Assembly: GCA_028247015.1 (NCBI GenBank) | Contig: JAOKFJ010000004.1 | Coordinates: 652-64,651, forward strand | Direction of reading: 5' to 3' | DNA length: 64,000 bases | Origin: Methylophilaceae bacterium | Lineage (GTDB): Bacteria > Pseudomonadota > Gammaproteobacteria > Burkholderiales > Methylophilaceae | Shown here: positions 35,342 through 46,915 of the stretch, piece by piece | Numbering within the stretch: position 1 is the first letter of the stretch | How the letters are laid out: each line of letters begins with the position of its first letter | The notes under the pieces: model-generated | Databases searched by the model: none | Told to the model about the DNA's origin: nothing | What the model saw: the letters and a program-made list of their open reading frames with translations, nothing else | Translations under genes and position numbers: made by a program

Positions 35342-35662
35342 TTATTTAATCTTCCTATTATTTTTTTCCTCAATACCTGAAATACCTTCCCTACTTTTTA
35401 ATTCATTTATGATATCTTCCACTCTTAAATTTTTTGCTGACAACAATACTAAACAGTGAAACCATAGGTCAGCTATTTCATGAATTAACTCATCATTGCT
35501 TTCTCCCTTGGCAGCAATAATTGTTTCAGAGGATTCTTCTCCAATTTTTTTTAAGATCTCGTTAATGCCTTTTGAATGAAGTTGTGAAGTATAAGAAACT
35601 GACGGGTCATCATTTTTTTTAGATTTAATTAAGTCTAGAAGATCCTCCAAGTAACTTTTCAT
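35342..35662 (-). CDS. hisE: Phosphoribosyl-ATP pyrophosphatase
   Basis: SYT, KKIGEE, EIADLWFH. Confidence 0.96.
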   Translation of the reverse strand: MKSYLEDLLDLIKSKKNDDPSVSYTSQLHSKGINEILKKIGEESSETIIAAKGESNDELIHEIADLWFHCLVLLSAKNLRVEDIINELKSREGISGIEEKNNRKIK

Positions 35663-36060
35663 TATTTTTTATCCTTATAAATTTCATTTGGGTCTTTGAT
35701 TACTGCTTCTACTTCGATCAAATTATCAGTTTCCATGTCAATCTTATTATAAAAACAAGATTCTCTCCCTGTATGACATGCAATACCTCCTTCCTGCTTA
35801 ACTTTAATGATCAATGTATCACCATCACAATCTAATAATATTTCTTGTATATATTGAATATTTCCAGACTCTTCACCCTTAACCCAAACTTTTTTTCTTG
35901 AACGCGACCAATAAATTGCTTTTCTTTCTTTAATGGATTGCTTTAATGTTTCTTTGTTCATCCAAGCAAACATAATGACCTTATTTGTAAAAATATCCTG
36001 AACAATCACTGGCAATAATCCATCACTATTCCAAACAATTCTATCTAAGTATTTACTCAT
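35662..36060 (-). CDS. hisI: Phosphoribosyl-AMP cyclohydrolase
   Basis: [26 protein letters not shown]. Confidence 0.97.
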   Translation of the reverse strand: MSKYLDRIVWNSDGLLPVIVQDIFTNKVIMFAWMNKETLKQSIKERKAIYWSRSRKKVWVKGEESGNIQYIQEILLDCDGDTLIIKVKQEGGIACHTGRESCFYNKIDMETDNLIEVEAVIKDPNEIYKDKK

Positions 36061-36815
36061 AGCCTTATTTCCACGTTATTATTAGTCATATATTCTTTTG
36101 CTTCACGAATAGTAAATTCCCCATAGTGAAAAATGCTTGCCGCTAATACAGCATCTGCCCCACCTAATAATACGCCATCAACCAAATGCTGAAGGTTTCC
36201 AACTCCCCCAGAAGCAATAATGGGAACCTCAACAGCCTCTGAAATTAGTTTAGTCAAGGCAAGATCAAACCCAATTTTTGTACCGTCTCTATCCATACTT
36301 GTTAATAATAATTCACCAGCACCCAAATTGACCATTTTTTTTGCCCACTCAACTGCATCTAGACCAGTAGGATTTCTCCCGCCATGTGTAAACACTTCCC
36401 AATGATTACCCACTTTTTTTGCATCAATAGCAACTACAATACATTGCGAACCAAAACGACTAGATGCCTCAGCAACTAGATTTGGATTAAGAATAGCTGA
36501 AGTATTTATACTAATCTTATCAGCGCCTACATTTAATAGACGTCTAACATCATCAGGAGAGCGAACTCCTCCACCAACTGTTAATGGTATAAAGATTTCT
36601 TTTGCTACTGACTCGATAATATCTAAAATTAGATCACGGTTATCTGAACTGGCTGTGATATCTAAAAAGGTTAATTCATCTGCACCTTCTTCATCATATT
36701 TTCTAGCAATTTCAACAGGGTCTCCTGCATCTTGGAGGCTAACGAAGTTTATTCCCTTAACAACTCTTCCAGCATTAACGTCTAAACATGGAATAATTCT
36801 TTTGGCTAATCCCAT
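36057..36815 (-). CDS. hisF: Imidazole glycerol phosphate synthase, cyclase subunit
   Basis: [16 protein letters not shown]. Confidence 0.98.
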   Translation of the reverse strand: MGLAKRIIPCLDVNAGRVVKGINFVSLQDAGDPVEIARKYDEEGADELTFLDITASSDNRDLILDIIESVAKEIFIPLTVGGGVRSPDDVRRLLNVGADKISINTSAILNPNLVAEASSRFGSQCIVVAIDAKKVGNHWEVFTHGGRNPTGLDAVEWAKKMVNLGAGELLLTSMDRDGTKIGFDLALTKLISEAVEVPIIASGGVGNLQHLVDGVLLGGADAVLAASIFHYGEFTIREAKEYMTNNNVEIRL

Positions 36816-37558
36816 TATGATCCAGTTAGCTGGTCAGCTAATTCTTGGGCAGCCTTGAAATCTAGACTACCTTCATATATTGCCCGCCCTGTTATTACTC
36901 CACGAATACCAATATTTGAAACTTCACATAAAGCCTCAATATCCTTTAGGCTCGAGACTCCTCCACTCGCCACAACTGGCACCAACAAGGATTCTGATAA
37001 TTTGACTGTCGCATCAATATTAACTCCCCCCAACATTCCATCACGACCTATATCAGTATAGATAATTGATTCAGCTCCATACTCTTCAAATCTTTTAGCA
37101 AGATCTATTACGTTCTGACCCGTTAATTTAGCCCAGCCATTAATAGCAACGTCACCATCTTTAGCATCAAGTCCTACAATAATTTGCCCGGGAAACTCAT
37201 AGCAAGCTTCTTTTAAAAATTCTGGATGTGTGACTGCTGCTGTCCCAATAATTATTGAATCAACTCCACTATTTAAAAAGCTCTCTACTGTATTAAGATT
37301 ACGAATACCACCTCCTAATTGGATAGGTATTTTTTTTCCTAACTCACTTACAATAGATTTTATAGCACTATCATTTACTGGTTTACCAGCAAAGGCTCCA
37401 TCTAGATCTACTAAATGAAGTCTTCTAGCCCCTTGATTGAACCATTTTTTTGCCATCTCAGCCGGATTTTCAGAAAAAATTGTTGATTCTTCCATACGCC
37501 CTTGTTTTAGACGGACACACTTTCCATCTTTTAGATCTATTGCTGGGATTATTAACAT
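36815..37558 (-). CDS. hisA: ProFAR isomerase
   Basis: [22 protein letters not shown]. Confidence 0.98.
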   Translation of the reverse strand: MLIIPAIDLKDGKCVRLKQGRMEESTIFSENPAEMAKKWFNQGARRLHLVDLDGAFAGKPVNDSAIKSIVSELGKKIPIQLGGGIRNLNTVESFLNSGVDSIIIGTAAVTHPEFLKEACYEFPGQIIVGLDAKDGDVAINGWAKLTGQNVIDLAKRFEEYGAESIIYTDIGRDGMLGGVNIDATVKLSESLLVPVVASGGVSSLKDIEALCEVSNIGIRGVITGRAIYEGSLDFKAAQELADQLTGS

Positions 37559-37568
37559 AATGTAAAAA

Positions 37569-38180
37569 TTATAATGTCCATGAAATAAAGTTTTTTAATA
37601 ATTGTAACCCCGAATCAGCACTTTTTTCAGGGTGAAATTGAACTGCAAAAATATTTTTATAGGAAACGGCAGCTGTAAATGATGTTCCGTAATTTGCAGA
37701 ACCAGTTTTTATAGAGTGATCTAATTCCTCTACGTAATAACTATGGACAAAATAGAAACGTTCATTAGGAGGAATATTATTCCATATTGGGTGTAGTGCA
37801 TTTTGATGAACTTCATTCCACCCCATATGTGGGATCTTCAAATTTTTTGATGACTTAAATCGATTTACTCTTCCCTTAAGAATTCCTAAGCCCTGAACAT
37901 TTCCCTCTTCACTTTTATCAAATAACATCTGAAGCCCAATACATATTCCCAAAAATGGTTTATTCATTGCTGATTCGATTACAATTTCTCTAAGGCCTCT
38001 ATTATTAAGCTCTCTAATGCAATCAGGCATAGCGCCCTGCCCTGGAAAAACTATCCTATCTGCTTTTGATATAAGCGCTGGGTCACTAGTAACAATAGTT
38101 TCTATTTGAGGGGCTATAAATTTAAATGCATTATGGACAGATTTAAGGTTACCCATTCCGTAATCGATAATTGCAATCAT
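37569..38180 (-). CDS. hisH: Imidazole glycerol phosphate synthase, glutaminase subunit
   Basis: DYGMGNL, GICIG, QFHPEKS. Confidence 0.98.
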   Translation of the reverse strand: MIAIIDYGMGNLKSVHNAFKFIAPQIETIVTSDPALISKADRIVFPGQGAMPDCIRELNNRGLREIVIESAMNKPFLGICIGLQMLFDKSEEGNVQGLGILKGRVNRFKSSKNLKIPHMGWNEVHQNALHPIWNNIPPNERFYFVHSYYVEELDHSIKTGSANYGTSFTAAVSYKNIFAVQFHPEKSADSGLQLLKNFISWTL

Positions 38181-38206
38181 AAATTAATTAATTAAGTAAA
38201 TTAAAA

Positions 38207-38797
38207 TTAAAGCGAACCCTTAGTTGATGGGGTTTCACCTTTAATTTTTTCATCATGCTCAACAGCAATTCTTAGTGCTCTGCCAAATGCTTTAAAAATT
38301 GTTTCTGCTTGATGATGAGAATTTTCGCCCTTTAGATTATCAATATGCAAGGTTACATTTGCATGATTAGTAAAACCTTGGAAGAACTCATGGAAAAGAT
38401 CAACATCAAAATCACCAACTCTAGCTCTTGTAAATTCAGTATTAAATTCAAGACCAGGCCTTCCTGAAATGTCGAGAACAACCCTTGATAATGCTTCATC
38501 AAGCGGAACATATGCATGACCATATCGACGAATACCTAATTTATCACCCATAGCTTTAAAAAAAGCTTGTCCTAGGGTAATACCAATATCTTCTACAGTA
38601 TGATGAGCATCAATGTGTAAGTCTCCCTCTGCTTTTACCGTGAGGTCAAACAAACCATGACGTGAAATTTGTTCCATCATATGGTCTAGGAAACCAATTC
38701 CTGAATTTAAATCAGATTTTCCAGAGCCATCAATATTAATCTCAACAGAGATATTTGTTTCAAGTGTTTTTCTAGTAACTTTAGCTGTTCTTTTCAT
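38207..38797 (-). CDS. hisB: Imidazoleglycerol-phosphate dehydratase (monofunctional)
   Basis: [15 protein letters not shown]. Confidence 0.98.
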   Translation of the reverse strand: MKRTAKVTRKTLETNISVEINIDGSGKSDLNSGIGFLDHMMEQISRHGLFDLTVKAEGDLHIDAHHTVEDIGITLGQAFFKAMGDKLGIRRYGHAYVPLDEALSRVVLDISGRPGLEFNTEFTRARVGDFDVDLFHEFFQGFTNHANVTLHIDNLKGENSHHQAETIFKAFGRALRIAVEHDEKIKGETPSTKGSL

Positions 38798-38803
38798 ACG
38801 GTG

Positions 38804-38812
38804 ATTTTATCA
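38804..38812 (-). promoter_or_regulatory. Putative extended -10 promoter giving a leaderless hisB mRNA
   Basis: TG-A-TAAAAT, then CACCGT (6 nt), then ATG; no SD. Confidence 0.45.
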
Positions 38813-38821
38813 TGAGTTTGA

Positions 38822-38950
38822 CTAATTTGACCTTCTACAACGTTCTGAGCAATACTTAACCTCATCCCAGACTTTTTCCCATTTCTTTCTCCATGTGAAG
38901 TTTCTATTACATACTTTACATAATTTTGAATCGAGATATTTTTTTTTCAT
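38822..38950 (-). CDS. 42-aa DUF2256-like Cys4/Trp-rich microprotein (not in ORF track)
   Basis: Hand translation [42 protein letters not shown]; matches the recalled DUF2256 pattern CxxCxRxFxWRKKW...[11 protein letters not shown]. Confidence 0.85.
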   Translation of the reverse strand: MKKKYLDSKLCKVCNRNFTWRKKWEKVWDEVKYCSERCRRSN

Positions 38951-40009
38951 CTAAATTATTGCCTTTAAAATAGAAATAAACTCTCTCATTTCGTCTTGAG
39001 TGCCAATTGTGATCCTTAAATACTGAGAAATTCTTTCTGGCTCATTAAAGTGACGGACTATTACTCCCGATTCTCTCAGTTTTTTAAAAATCATACCTGC
39101 TTCTTTTGTTTTATGTTTTGTAAATATAAAATTTGCACCTGAAGGTAGCGTCTCAAAGCCCATTAAAAGCAATTCTTTTTCTAAAAATATTCTTGCTTGA
39201 ATAATTTTATCCCCAGTTTCATTGAAGTAATTTTCGTCCTTAATTGCCTCAATACCTGCTACCTGGGCTAATCGATCAACAGGGTAAGAATTAAAACTAT
39301 TTTTAATACGATTAAGTGCTTCAATTAAATCTTTATCGCCAAAAGCACATCCTAGCCTCATGCCTGCCAATGATCTTGATTTTGAGAATGACTGAGTTAT
39401 TACTAAATTTTTATATTGATCTACTAATTCAACTGCTGATTCTGTCCCAAAATCTACGTAAGCTTCATCAATGACAACCACACTGTCTTGATTTATTTTT
39501 ACTAGATTTTTAATATCAACTAAGTCCTTAGGAATTCCAGTGGGGGCATTTGGGTTTGGAAAAATAATGCCTCCATTAGGAATTAAATAATTTTCTAAAT
39601 TGATATTAAATTCTTCATCTAATGGGATTCTTGTATATTTAATATTGTAAAGACTGCAGTAGGCCGGATAAAAGCTATACGTAATATCTGGGAACAGAAT
39701 TGGTAACTTATTTTTAAAGAACCCCTGAAAAATAAATGCGAGTATTTCATCTGATCCATTGCCTACAAATATTGAGTTCATAGAAATATTGTAATAATTT
39801 GATATAGTAGATTTTAATAAATCACTTTCAGGATCTGGGTAAAGTCTTAACTGATCATTACTAGCAGTTGCAATTGAATCAAGAACCTTTTGGCTGGGTC
39901 CATAAGGATTTTCATTGGTATTTAGCTTTAGTGATAAATTTTTTTTTGGTTGCTCCCCTGGGATATATGGGGTTAAGTTATTAACAACAGTACTCCAATA
40001 TTTACTCAT
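38951..40009 (-). CDS. hisC: Histidinol-phosphate aminotransferase
   Basis: KLNTNENPY, GNGSDE, DEAY, SFSKSRSLAGMRLG (PLP Lys). Confidence 0.97.
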   Translation of the reverse strand: MSKYWSTVVNNLTPYIPGEQPKKNLSLKLNTNENPYGPSQKVLDSIATASNDQLRLYPDPESDLLKSTISNYYNISMNSIFVGNGSDEILAFIFQGFFKNKLPILFPDITYSFYPAYCSLYNIKYTRIPLDEEFNINLENYLIPNGGIIFPNPNAPTGIPKDLVDIKNLVKINQDSVVVIDEAYVDFGTESAVELVDQYKNLVITQSFSKSRSLAGMRLGCAFGDKDLIEALNRIKNSFNSYPVDRLAQVAGIEAIKDENYFNETGDKIIQARIFLEKELLLMGFETLPSGANFIFTKHKTKEAGMIFKKLRESGVIVRHFNEPERISQYLRITIGTQDEMREFISILKAII

Positions 40010-40012
40010 TAT

Positions 40013-41314
40013 CTATTTTTTTATAACTCTATATTGTGCTGACCTAGCATGGGCGCTAAGTCCTTCACCATTGGCAAGCACTGATGCTATTTCCCCTAGT
40101 TCGCTTGCTGATTCTGGTGATAAAAATATTAAGCTTGATCTCTTTTGAAAATCATAAACACCTAAAGGTGATGAAAATCTTGCTGTTCCAGATGTTGGTA
40201 ATACATGATTTGGGCCAGCGCAATAATCACCTACAGCCTCACAAGTATTTCTACCCATAAAGATAGCACCAGCATGCTTTATCTTCAAAACTAATTTTTC
40301 AGGGTCATCTACCGATAACTCTAAATGCTCAGGTGCAATGAAATTTGATATAGATGCAGCATCCTCTAAATCTTTTGCAAGTATAAATATACCTCTATTT
40401 TCTAAAGAATTTACTATCACATCTTTTCGGTCCATCTCATCAATTAATTTTTTCATACTATTTAAAACACATTCAAAAAAATTTTCGTCAGGTGAGATTA
40501 AAATTGATTGGGCCATTTCGTCATGCTCTGCCTGGGAAAATAAATCCATCGCAATCCACTCTGGATCTGTCTTGCCATCACATATAATAAGTATTTCTGA
40601 GGGGCCAGCAATCATATCAATGCCAACCACTCCAAAAACTTTTCTTTTAGCCTCTGCAACATAAGCATTTCCTGGTCCAACAATTTTATCAACTTTTGGA
40701 ATTGATTCCGTTCCATAGGCTAATGCCGCAATTGCTTGTGCGCCACCAATAGTAAATACTTTATTCACTCCAGCCAATTTTGCAGCAGCTAATACTAAAT
40801 CGTTTTTTTCTCCATTTGGAGTTGGGACTACCATTACTAAATCCTTAACCCCTGCAACTTTTGCTGGGATAGCATTCATCAATACAGATGAAGGATATGC
40901 GGCCTTTCCTCCAGGAACATAAAGTCCAACTGTATCTATTGGAGTTATTTTTTGACCATATGCAGATCCTTGCTTATCTTTATATGACCATGATTCTGTT
41001 TTTTGTTTTTGATGATATTCCTTAATTCTTTGTGCAGAAATTTCTAAGCATGAGCGGATTTCAGAAGGTATTCTATTTAATGCTTCTTTTAGTTCATTTT
41101 GACTAATTTCTAAATCTTTACTATTCTTTACTCCAGCTCGATCATATTTATTTGTGAACTCCAATACAGCCTTGTCCCCAAAATCTTTAACTTTATTTAA
41201 AATATTTTGAGTTGTTTGGATAATCTCATCATTTTCCTCAACATTAAATAACAACGAGGATTTTAACTCTTCATAAAAGTTACCATCAGATGAATTTAGT
41301 TTTTTAATATTCAC
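40013..41314 (-). CDS. hisD: Histidinol dehydrogenase
   Basis: [31 protein letters not shown]. Confidence 0.98.
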   Translation of the reverse strand: MNIKKLNSSDGNFYEELKSSLLFNVEENDEIIQTTQNILNKVKDFGDKAVLEFTNKYDRAGVKNSKDLEISQNELKEALNRIPSEIRSCLEISAQRIKEYHQKQKTESWSYKDKQGSAYGQKITPIDTVGLYVPGGKAAYPSSVLMNAIPAKVAGVKDLVMVVPTPNGEKNDLVLAAAKLAGVNKVFTIGGAQAIAALAYGTESIPKVDKIVGPGNAYVAEAKRKVFGVVGIDMIAGPSEILIICDGKTDPEWIAMDLFSQAEHDEMAQSILISPDENFFECVLNSMKKLIDEMDRKDVIVNSLENRGIFILAKDLEDAASISNFIAPEHLELSVDDPEKLVLKIKHAGAIFMGRNTCEAVGDYCAGPNHVLPTSGTARFSSPLGVYDFQKRSSLIFLSPESASELGEIASVLANGEGLSAHARSAQYRVIKK

Positions 41315-41318
41315 GAAT

Positions 41319-41957
41319 TTATTTAGTTATAGCATTTGAAAATTTTTTAATTAATGGCTGCAAAATTTCTCTATTAATTTTTAAAGATGCTTTATTCACA
41401 ATCAGTCTCGAACTAATATCACTAATCTCTTCTGTAGCCACTAAATTATTAGCCTCTAATGTCTTTCCCGAACTAACTAGATCTACAATTACATCAGACA
41501 AACCTACAATCGGAGCTAATTCCATTGAGCCATATAATTTAATAAGGTCTATATGAATACCTTTTCTTCCAAAAAATTCCTTGGCAGCATTAGGATATTT
41601 AGTTGCTACTCGAAGATGTACGCGCTTAGAGATTTTCTCTTGATAATTAAAATCTTTTTTTGCAGCTACCATCATCTTACATATTCCAATTCCCAAATCT
41701 AATGGCTGATATAGTCCAGTTCCGTCGTACTCATCCAATACATCTTTTCCTGCAATTCCAAGGTCTGCTCCTCCCCATTCCACGTATGTTGGAACGTCAG
41801 AAGCTCTAACAATAATTAATTGAATATTCTTCTCATTGGTTCCAAAAACTAACTTTCTAGATTCATCAGGATCATCATTACAAAAAATTCCTGCCGCATT
41901 CAACATTGGCATTGTTTCAGTAAAAATTCTTCCTTTTGATAAAGCAATTGTAATCAT
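41319..41957 (-). CDS. hisG: ATP phosphoribosyltransferase, short form (needs HisZ)
   Basis: [21 protein letters not shown]; 212 aa, lacks the C-terminal regulatory domain. Confidence 0.97.
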   Translation of the reverse strand: MITIALSKGRIFTETMPMLNAAGIFCNDDPDESRKLVFGTNEKNIQLIIVRASDVPTYVEWGGADLGIAGKDVLDEYDGTGLYQPLDLGIGICKMMVAAKKDFNYQEKISKRVHLRVATKYPNAAKEFFGRKGIHIDLIKLYGSMELAPIVGLSDVIVDLVSSGKTLEANNLVATEEISDISSRLIVNKASLKINREILQPLIKKFSNAITK

Positions 41958-43223
41958 CTATTTTACCCTTTTAATCTTTGCGCCAATTTGATTAAACTTT
42001 TTTTCAAGTCGCTCATATCCTCTATCCAGATGATATATTCTTTCGATTTCTGTATCACCTTTGGCTGTAAGTGCAGCCAATACTAATGAAGCTGAAGCTC
42101 TTAGATCTGTTGCCATAACATTAGCTCCACTCAATTCATCATCACCCTTAATAATAGCTGTATTTTGTTTTATATCAATATTTGCTCCCATCCTTATTAG
42201 TTCCTGGACATGCATAAAGCGGTTTTCAAAAATTGTTTCTATTATCTCACTAGATCCCTTTGCCACTGTATTCAGCGCCATAAACTGTGCTTGCATGTCG
42301 GTAGGAAAACCGGGGTATGGTGATGTTGTTAAATTAACAGCCCTTAATTGACCATCACTCTTAATAGTAATCTTCTCACCTTCTATCTTTATGTCTGCGC
42401 CAGCTTCCTTGAGCTTCATAATAATAGCTTCTATTTTTTCTGACTCTACTCCATGACAACAAATTTCTCCCCCCGTCATTGCTGCAGCTACTAAATATGT
42501 ACCGGCTTCAATCCTATCAAACATTACCCTATGATTTGTACTGGATAATTTTTCAACCCCCTTGATTGTAATTTTTTTTGTTCCAAGACCTGAAATTTTA
42601 GCCCCCATCTTAATTAGACAATTACCTAAATCAATCACCTCAGGTTCTTTTGCTGCATTTTCAAGAGTAGTTTCTCCTCTGGCTAGAGTAGCTGCCATCA
42701 TTAAATTCTCTGTTCCTGTCACAGTAACTTGATCCATATTAATCTTAGCTCCAATTAATTTACCTTCAGGCAAATGTTCTGCACTAGCATTAATATAGCC
42801 TTTATCTATATTGATTTTTGCTCCCATAGCTTCAAAGCCTCGAATATGAATATCCACTGGTCTAGAGCCTATAGCACACCCCCCTGGAAGTGAAACACGC
42901 GCCTTACTAAATCTGGACAATAATGGGCCTAGAACAAGAATCGATGCCCGCATGGTTTTTACTAAATCATATGGGGCATCTACATGATTAATTGATTTTG
43001 CAATTAATTCAATTGAATTTTCATCTTTCCTTATTTCTACACCAAGAAAATGAAGTAACTTTTCTGTAGTTTTTATATCAAAAAGTTTTGGGACATTAGT
43101 TAAAACTAATTTCTCCGAAGATAGTAAAGAGCTTATAAGGATCGGTAAGGCGGCATTTTTTGCGCCTGAAATTAAAACGTCGCCAAATAATTTTCTTTGG
43201 CCTTGAATAATAAGTCTATCCAA
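41958..43223 (-). CDS. murA: UDP-N-acetylglucosamine enolpyruvyl transferase
   Basis: [28 protein letters not shown]. Confidence 0.98.
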   Translation of the reverse strand: MDRLIIQGQRKLFGDVLISGAKNAALPILISSLLSSEKLVLTNVPKLFDIKTTEKLLHFLGVEIRKDENSIELIAKSINHVDAPYDLVKTMRASILVLGPLLSRFSKARVSLPGGCAIGSRPVDIHIRGFEAMGAKINIDKGYINASAEHLPEGKLIGAKINMDQVTVTGTENLMMAATLARGETTLENAAKEPEVIDLGNCLIKMGAKISGLGTKKITIKGVEKLSSTNHRVMFDRIEAGTYLVAAAMTGGEICCHGVESEKIEAIIMKLKEAGADIKIEGEKITIKSDGQLRAVNLTTSPYPGFPTDMQAQFMALNTVAKGSSEIIETIFENRFMHVQELIRMGANIDIKQNTAIIKGDDELSGANVMATDLRASASLVLAALTAKGDTEIERIYHLDRGYERLEKKFNQIGAKIKRVK

Positions 43224-43225
43224 GA

Positions 43226-43534
43226 CTAATTACTCGAAACAATCTTAGCTAGCTCTCCAGACTCATACATTTCCTTCATTATGTCAGCTCCTCCACTAAA
43301 TTCACCATTTACATATAATTGAGGAATTGTTGGCCAGTTAGAATAGACTTTTATACCTTCCCTGATCTCAGGATCTTGTAAAACATCAACAGTTTTATAA
43401 GTTGCCCCACATGCATCTAGAATTTGACAGGCCACGCTGGAAAATCCACACTGAGGAAATTTTGGATTTCCCTTCATAAAAAGAACCACTGAATCTCCAT
43501 CTACTAATTCTTTAATTTTATTATTCGTTGTCAT
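43226..43534 (-). CDS. grxD: Monothiol glutaredoxin Grx4
   Basis: [23 protein letters not shown]. Confidence 0.97.
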   Translation of the reverse strand: MTTNNKIKELVDGDSVVLFMKGNPKFPQCGFSSVACQILDACGATYKTVDVLQDPEIREGIKVYSNWPTIPQLYVNGEFSGGADIMKEMYESGELAKIVSSN

Positions 43535-43550
43535 GGTTTTTATCTCCGCA

Positions 43551-43796
43551 TTATTTAGTTAGTTGATTCCACTCATCCACTTTGTAAGTTTTAATTGACA
43601 AAGCATGTATATCTTTTTTCATCATTTCACCCAAAGACCGATACACCAGTTGGTGTTGTTTTAGCATAGAAATATTTTCAAAGTCCTTGCTGACTATAAT
43701 TGCCTCAAAATGAGTTCCGTCATCTCCCTTAATCTCTATAAACTCACAGGAAAGGTTCTCAGAGATAGTGTTCTTAATTTTTTCAGGTGACATCAT
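43551..43796 (-). CDS. ibaG: BolA/IbaG family Fe-S metabolism protein
   Basis: [20 protein letters not shown]; conserved position near murA. Confidence 0.9.
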   Translation of the reverse strand: MMSPEKIKNTISENLSCEFIEIKGDDGTHFEAIIVSKDFENISMLKQHQLVYRSLGEMMKKDIHALSIKTYKVDEWNQLTK

Positions 43797-44573
43797 CTAG
43801 TTTCTTAGTTTAAAACCAGATTTTAGCATTCTGATAGTAATAAAAGATAAAACAATAAAAAATAAAGCAACAACTCCTAAGCTAAAATAGGGGGAGACAT
43901 CAGACTTACCAAAAAACCCAAATCTAAATCCATCAATCATATAAAAAAATGGATTTAGTTGAGAAATACCTTGCCATGCAACAGGCAGTGAATGAATAGA
44001 ATAGAATACGCCAGATAGCATAGACAATGGCATAATCACAAAATTACCAAATGCTGCCATTTGATCAAACCTTTCACACCAGACGCCGGCAATAATTCCA
44101 AAGGCTCCCATAAGTCCACCACCAAGCAATGCAAATAGGAATAAAAACCACGGATGCTCTATTGGTAAATCAATATAGATAATCGCGATTAAGTAAATAC
44201 ATACGCCTACGAAGATACCTCTAGCAATTGATGCTGCTAAAAATGCAAAAAATAGCTGGAGATAACTTAGTGGGGTTAACAAAAGAAAAACAATATTCCC
44301 CATTACCTTTGCCTGAATTAGACTTGAAGAGCTATTCGAGAATGCATTTTGTAATAGTGACATCATAATTAATCCAGGAATTAAGAATGCTGAGTAAGGA
44401 ACACCCTCATAAACCTCAAGACGACTATCAAGAACATGTGAAAATATTAAAAGATATAATATTCCAGTGATCACAGGAGCAGCAACCGTTTGAAAAGCCA
44501 CACGCCAGAATCTTAATAATTCTTTTTTAAGTAGTGTCCAAGTGCCTATAATTTGAGTCTTTAAGGTGACCAA
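43797..44573 (-). CDS. ABC-2 type permease (YadH-like)
   Basis: PGLIMM, LSGVFYSI, NPFFYMIDGFR. Confidence 0.92.
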   Translation of the reverse strand: MVTLKTQIIGTWTLLKKELLRFWRVAFQTVAAPVITGILYLLIFSHVLDSRLEVYEGVPYSAFLIPGLIMMSLLQNAFSNSSSSLIQAKVMGNIVFLLLTPLSYLQLFFAFLAASIARGIFVGVCIYLIAIIYIDLPIEHPWFLFLFALLGGGLMGAFGIIAGVWCERFDQMAAFGNFVIMPLSMLSGVFYSIHSLPVAWQGISQLNPFFYMIDGFRFGFFGKSDVSPYFSLGVVALFFIVLSFITIRMLKSGFKLRN

Positions 44574-44575
44574 TA

Positions 44576-45487
44576 TTATTTAGCTCCTGTTAGCTTTAAA
44601 AAAACATTTTCAAGGTCAGTATCTAATGTTTGCATATCAATTATTTCAATTTTAGATTTTTTTAGTGCTTCAGTAATTTCTGCAATATCAGTAATATTTT
44701 TTAATTGAAAAATATATGCGCCATCCGATTCAACATAAGAAAAATTTTTAACTGACTGGGGCAGGCTTTTCTTAGCCATAAAATTTAGCCGGAGCATTAA
44801 ATTTTTTGTTGAAAACTTCTTGAGTAAATTTCTAGTAGTATCAAGTGCCACTATTTTTCCTAGTCGCAGCATTGCTACAGAATTACATAATGCCTCTGCT
44901 TCTTCTAAATAGTGAGTTGTTAAAACAATTGTATGGCCTTCTTTATTAAGCTCTTTAATAAAGCTCCATAGCTTCTGCCTTAGCTCCACATCAACGCCTG
45001 CTGTTGGCTCGTCTAACACAATTACCGGTGGTCTGTGAACAAGTGCCTGCGCAATTAACGCCCGCCTCTTCATCCCCCCTGAAAGGGCCCTCATATTTGT
45101 ATTCGCTTTATCTCTAAGGTCTAGACGATCTATTACTTCATCTACCCACCTATCATTTTCTCTACTTTTTCCAAAATAACCTGCTTGGAATCGTAACATT
45201 TCCCTAACGTTAAAAAACGGGTCGAAGACTAATTCTTGCGGAACAATTCCAACTAAATGTCTTGCTTCTTGATACTCTTTTTGAACATCTCTTCCCATAA
45301 CAGATATTTTTCCCGATGATGGATTTGCCAGTCCACCAAGCATATTTATCATGGTCGATTTTCCAGCGCCATTAGGACCTAATAATCCAAAAAATTCTCC
45401 CTGAGGGATGGATAAAGATATTCCATTTACAGCCTTAACTGTTCCGTAATTTTTTTTTACATTTCGATAGACAATAGCAGGCTTCAT
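44576..45487 (-). CDS. ABC transporter ATP-binding protein (YadG-like)
   Basis: GPNGAGKS, LSGGMKRR, LDEPTAGVD. Confidence 0.93.
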   Translation of the reverse strand: MKPAIVYRNVKKNYGTVKAVNGISLSIPQGEFFGLLGPNGAGKSTMINMLGGLANPSSGKISVMGRDVQKEYQEARHLVGIVPQELVFDPFFNVREMLRFQAGYFGKSRENDRWVDEVIDRLDLRDKANTNMRALSGGMKRRALIAQALVHRPPVIVLDEPTAGVDVELRQKLWSFIKELNKEGHTIVLTTHYLEEAEALCNSVAMLRLGKIVALDTTRNLLKKFSTKNLMLRLNFMAKKSLPQSVKNFSYVESDGAYIFQLKNITDIAEITEALKKSKIEIIDMQTLDTDLENVFLKLTGAK

Positions 45488-45520
45488 ATTATATTTTTAA
45501 GTATTACCAAAATGGAGTAT

Positions 45521-45811
45521 TTAGCTTTTACCTGAAATAAATTCTTCGGCGCCGTAAAGTCTGGCAAGCTTCATAAGGTTATCCGGAGGAGAAGAAATAA
45601 AAACATTATTTTTATTTGCTTTAGCTAATCGCTTCCAATGAAAAATAAGAGCTAAAAGAGAAGTATCGACATCTCCCACACCACTCAAATCTAAGGTAAT
45701 AGAACTATTCCAATTAAAATCTTTAGCTTTATCAATTACATTAGAAATATATTCAAATGTTAAATTACCTCTTAACACCCAAGTATTATTTTCAGTCTTA
45801 GTAAATTCCAT
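45521..45811 (-). CDS. mlaB: STAS domain protein MlaB
   Basis: LDLSGVGDVDTS, LARLYG; last gene of mla cluster. Confidence 0.85.
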   Translation of the reverse strand: MEFTKTENNTWVLRGNLTFEYISNVIDKAKDFNWNSSITLDLSGVGDVDTSLLALIFHWKRLAKANKNNVFISSPPDNLMKLARLYGAEEFISGKS

Positions 45812-46425
45812 CAATCTTTATTACTCTTATTTTTATTAGCTAGTTTCTTGTTCAATGAGTCCATCCCACCTTTTCTAATTTCACTAGAGAATTGGCTTCT
45901 ATAATTTGTTACCAAACTTACTCCCTCAATAACAATGTCAAATACTAACCATGAATCTCCATTTTTTGCTAAAGCATAATTTACCTTTATTGGTTGTGCT
46001 CCATCTTGAACAATCTCTGTTTTTACAGTAACTATTTCATCAGCAGGCTTCATACGCATTGGTTTAATTTTAATTCCCTGATCTTTATATTTTGATAAGG
46101 CTATAGAATAAGTCCTTAATAACAAACTTCTAAATTCAGCCTTAAATTGTTTTTTTTGTTGACTTGTTGCCTTTCGCCATGCCTTACCTAGAACTAATCT
46201 CGAAATTCTTTCAAAGTCAAAACTTGGTAATATTTTTTCTTCTGCTAGTTGGTATATCTTTTTCTTATCTCCACCCTGAATATCTTTATCGCTTTTTATT
46301 GCAGAAATAACATCATCTGCAGTTTTCCTAACTAGTTCATCAGGTGCAAGACCGGCAAAAACTGCAGTCGAAAATAAGATTGTTATAAAACTAAAAATCC
46401 ACTTATTGAATGAAATAAATTTCAA
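45811..46425 (-). CDS. mlaC: Periplasmic phospholipid-binding protein MlaC
   Basis: Signal peptide, LVLGKAWR, DIVIEGVSLVTNYRSQF. Confidence 0.94.
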   Translation of the reverse strand: MKFISFNKWIFSFITILFSTAVFAGLAPDELVRKTADDVISAIKSDKDIQGGDKKKIYQLAEEKILPSFDFERISRLVLGKAWRKATSQQKKQFKAEFRSLLLRTYSIALSKYKDQGIKIKPMRMKPADEIVTVKTEIVQDGAQPIKVNYALAKNGDSWLVFDIVIEGVSLVTNYRSQFSSEIRKGGMDSLNKKLANKNKSNKD

Positions 46426-46426
46426 T

Positions 46427-46888
46427 TTATTCCTCCTCTGATGCTTTACTATATAAGAATTGGCTTATCAGCTTTTCTAAAACTACAGCATCTTGGGTTT
46501 GGGTAATTCGATCGCCCTGCTCTAAATTTTTCTCATCACCCCCAGCCTCAAGTCCTATATATTGCTCTCCCAATAAGCCTGCTGTGTATATATTGGCAAA
46601 TGTATCTTTAGGAAATACGTATCTCTTATCAATATCAATACTCACGATTGCATGATAGGCTTCTGTATCGAATACAATTGAATTAACTCTACCAACAACA
46701 ACCCCAGCACCCTTTACTGGAGCTCTAGGTTTTAAACCACCAATATTTTCAAAATTTGCAGTCACCATATAAGTTTCTCTAATATCATTAGAGGTCAGAT
46801 TGCCAACCTTCATAGCAAGTCCGAGCAATGAAACAACTCCAATTGCGACAAATATTCCTACCCATGCATCAAGTTTAATTTTATCCAT
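46427..46888 (-). CDS. mlaD: MCE protein MlaD
   Basis: FENIGGLK, GVVVGRV, TAGLLGEQY. Confidence 0.96.
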   Translation of the reverse strand: MDKIKLDAWVGIFVAIGVVSLLGLAMKVGNLTSNDIRETYMVTANFENIGGLKPRAPVKGAGVVVGRVNSIVFDTEAYHAIVSIDIDKRYVFPKDTFANIYTAGLLGEQYIGLEAGGDEKNLEQGDRITQTQDAVVLEKLISQFLYSKASEEE

Positions 46889-46915
46889 ATTCAGTCCTTT
46901 AGTCCTTGGTTTATT

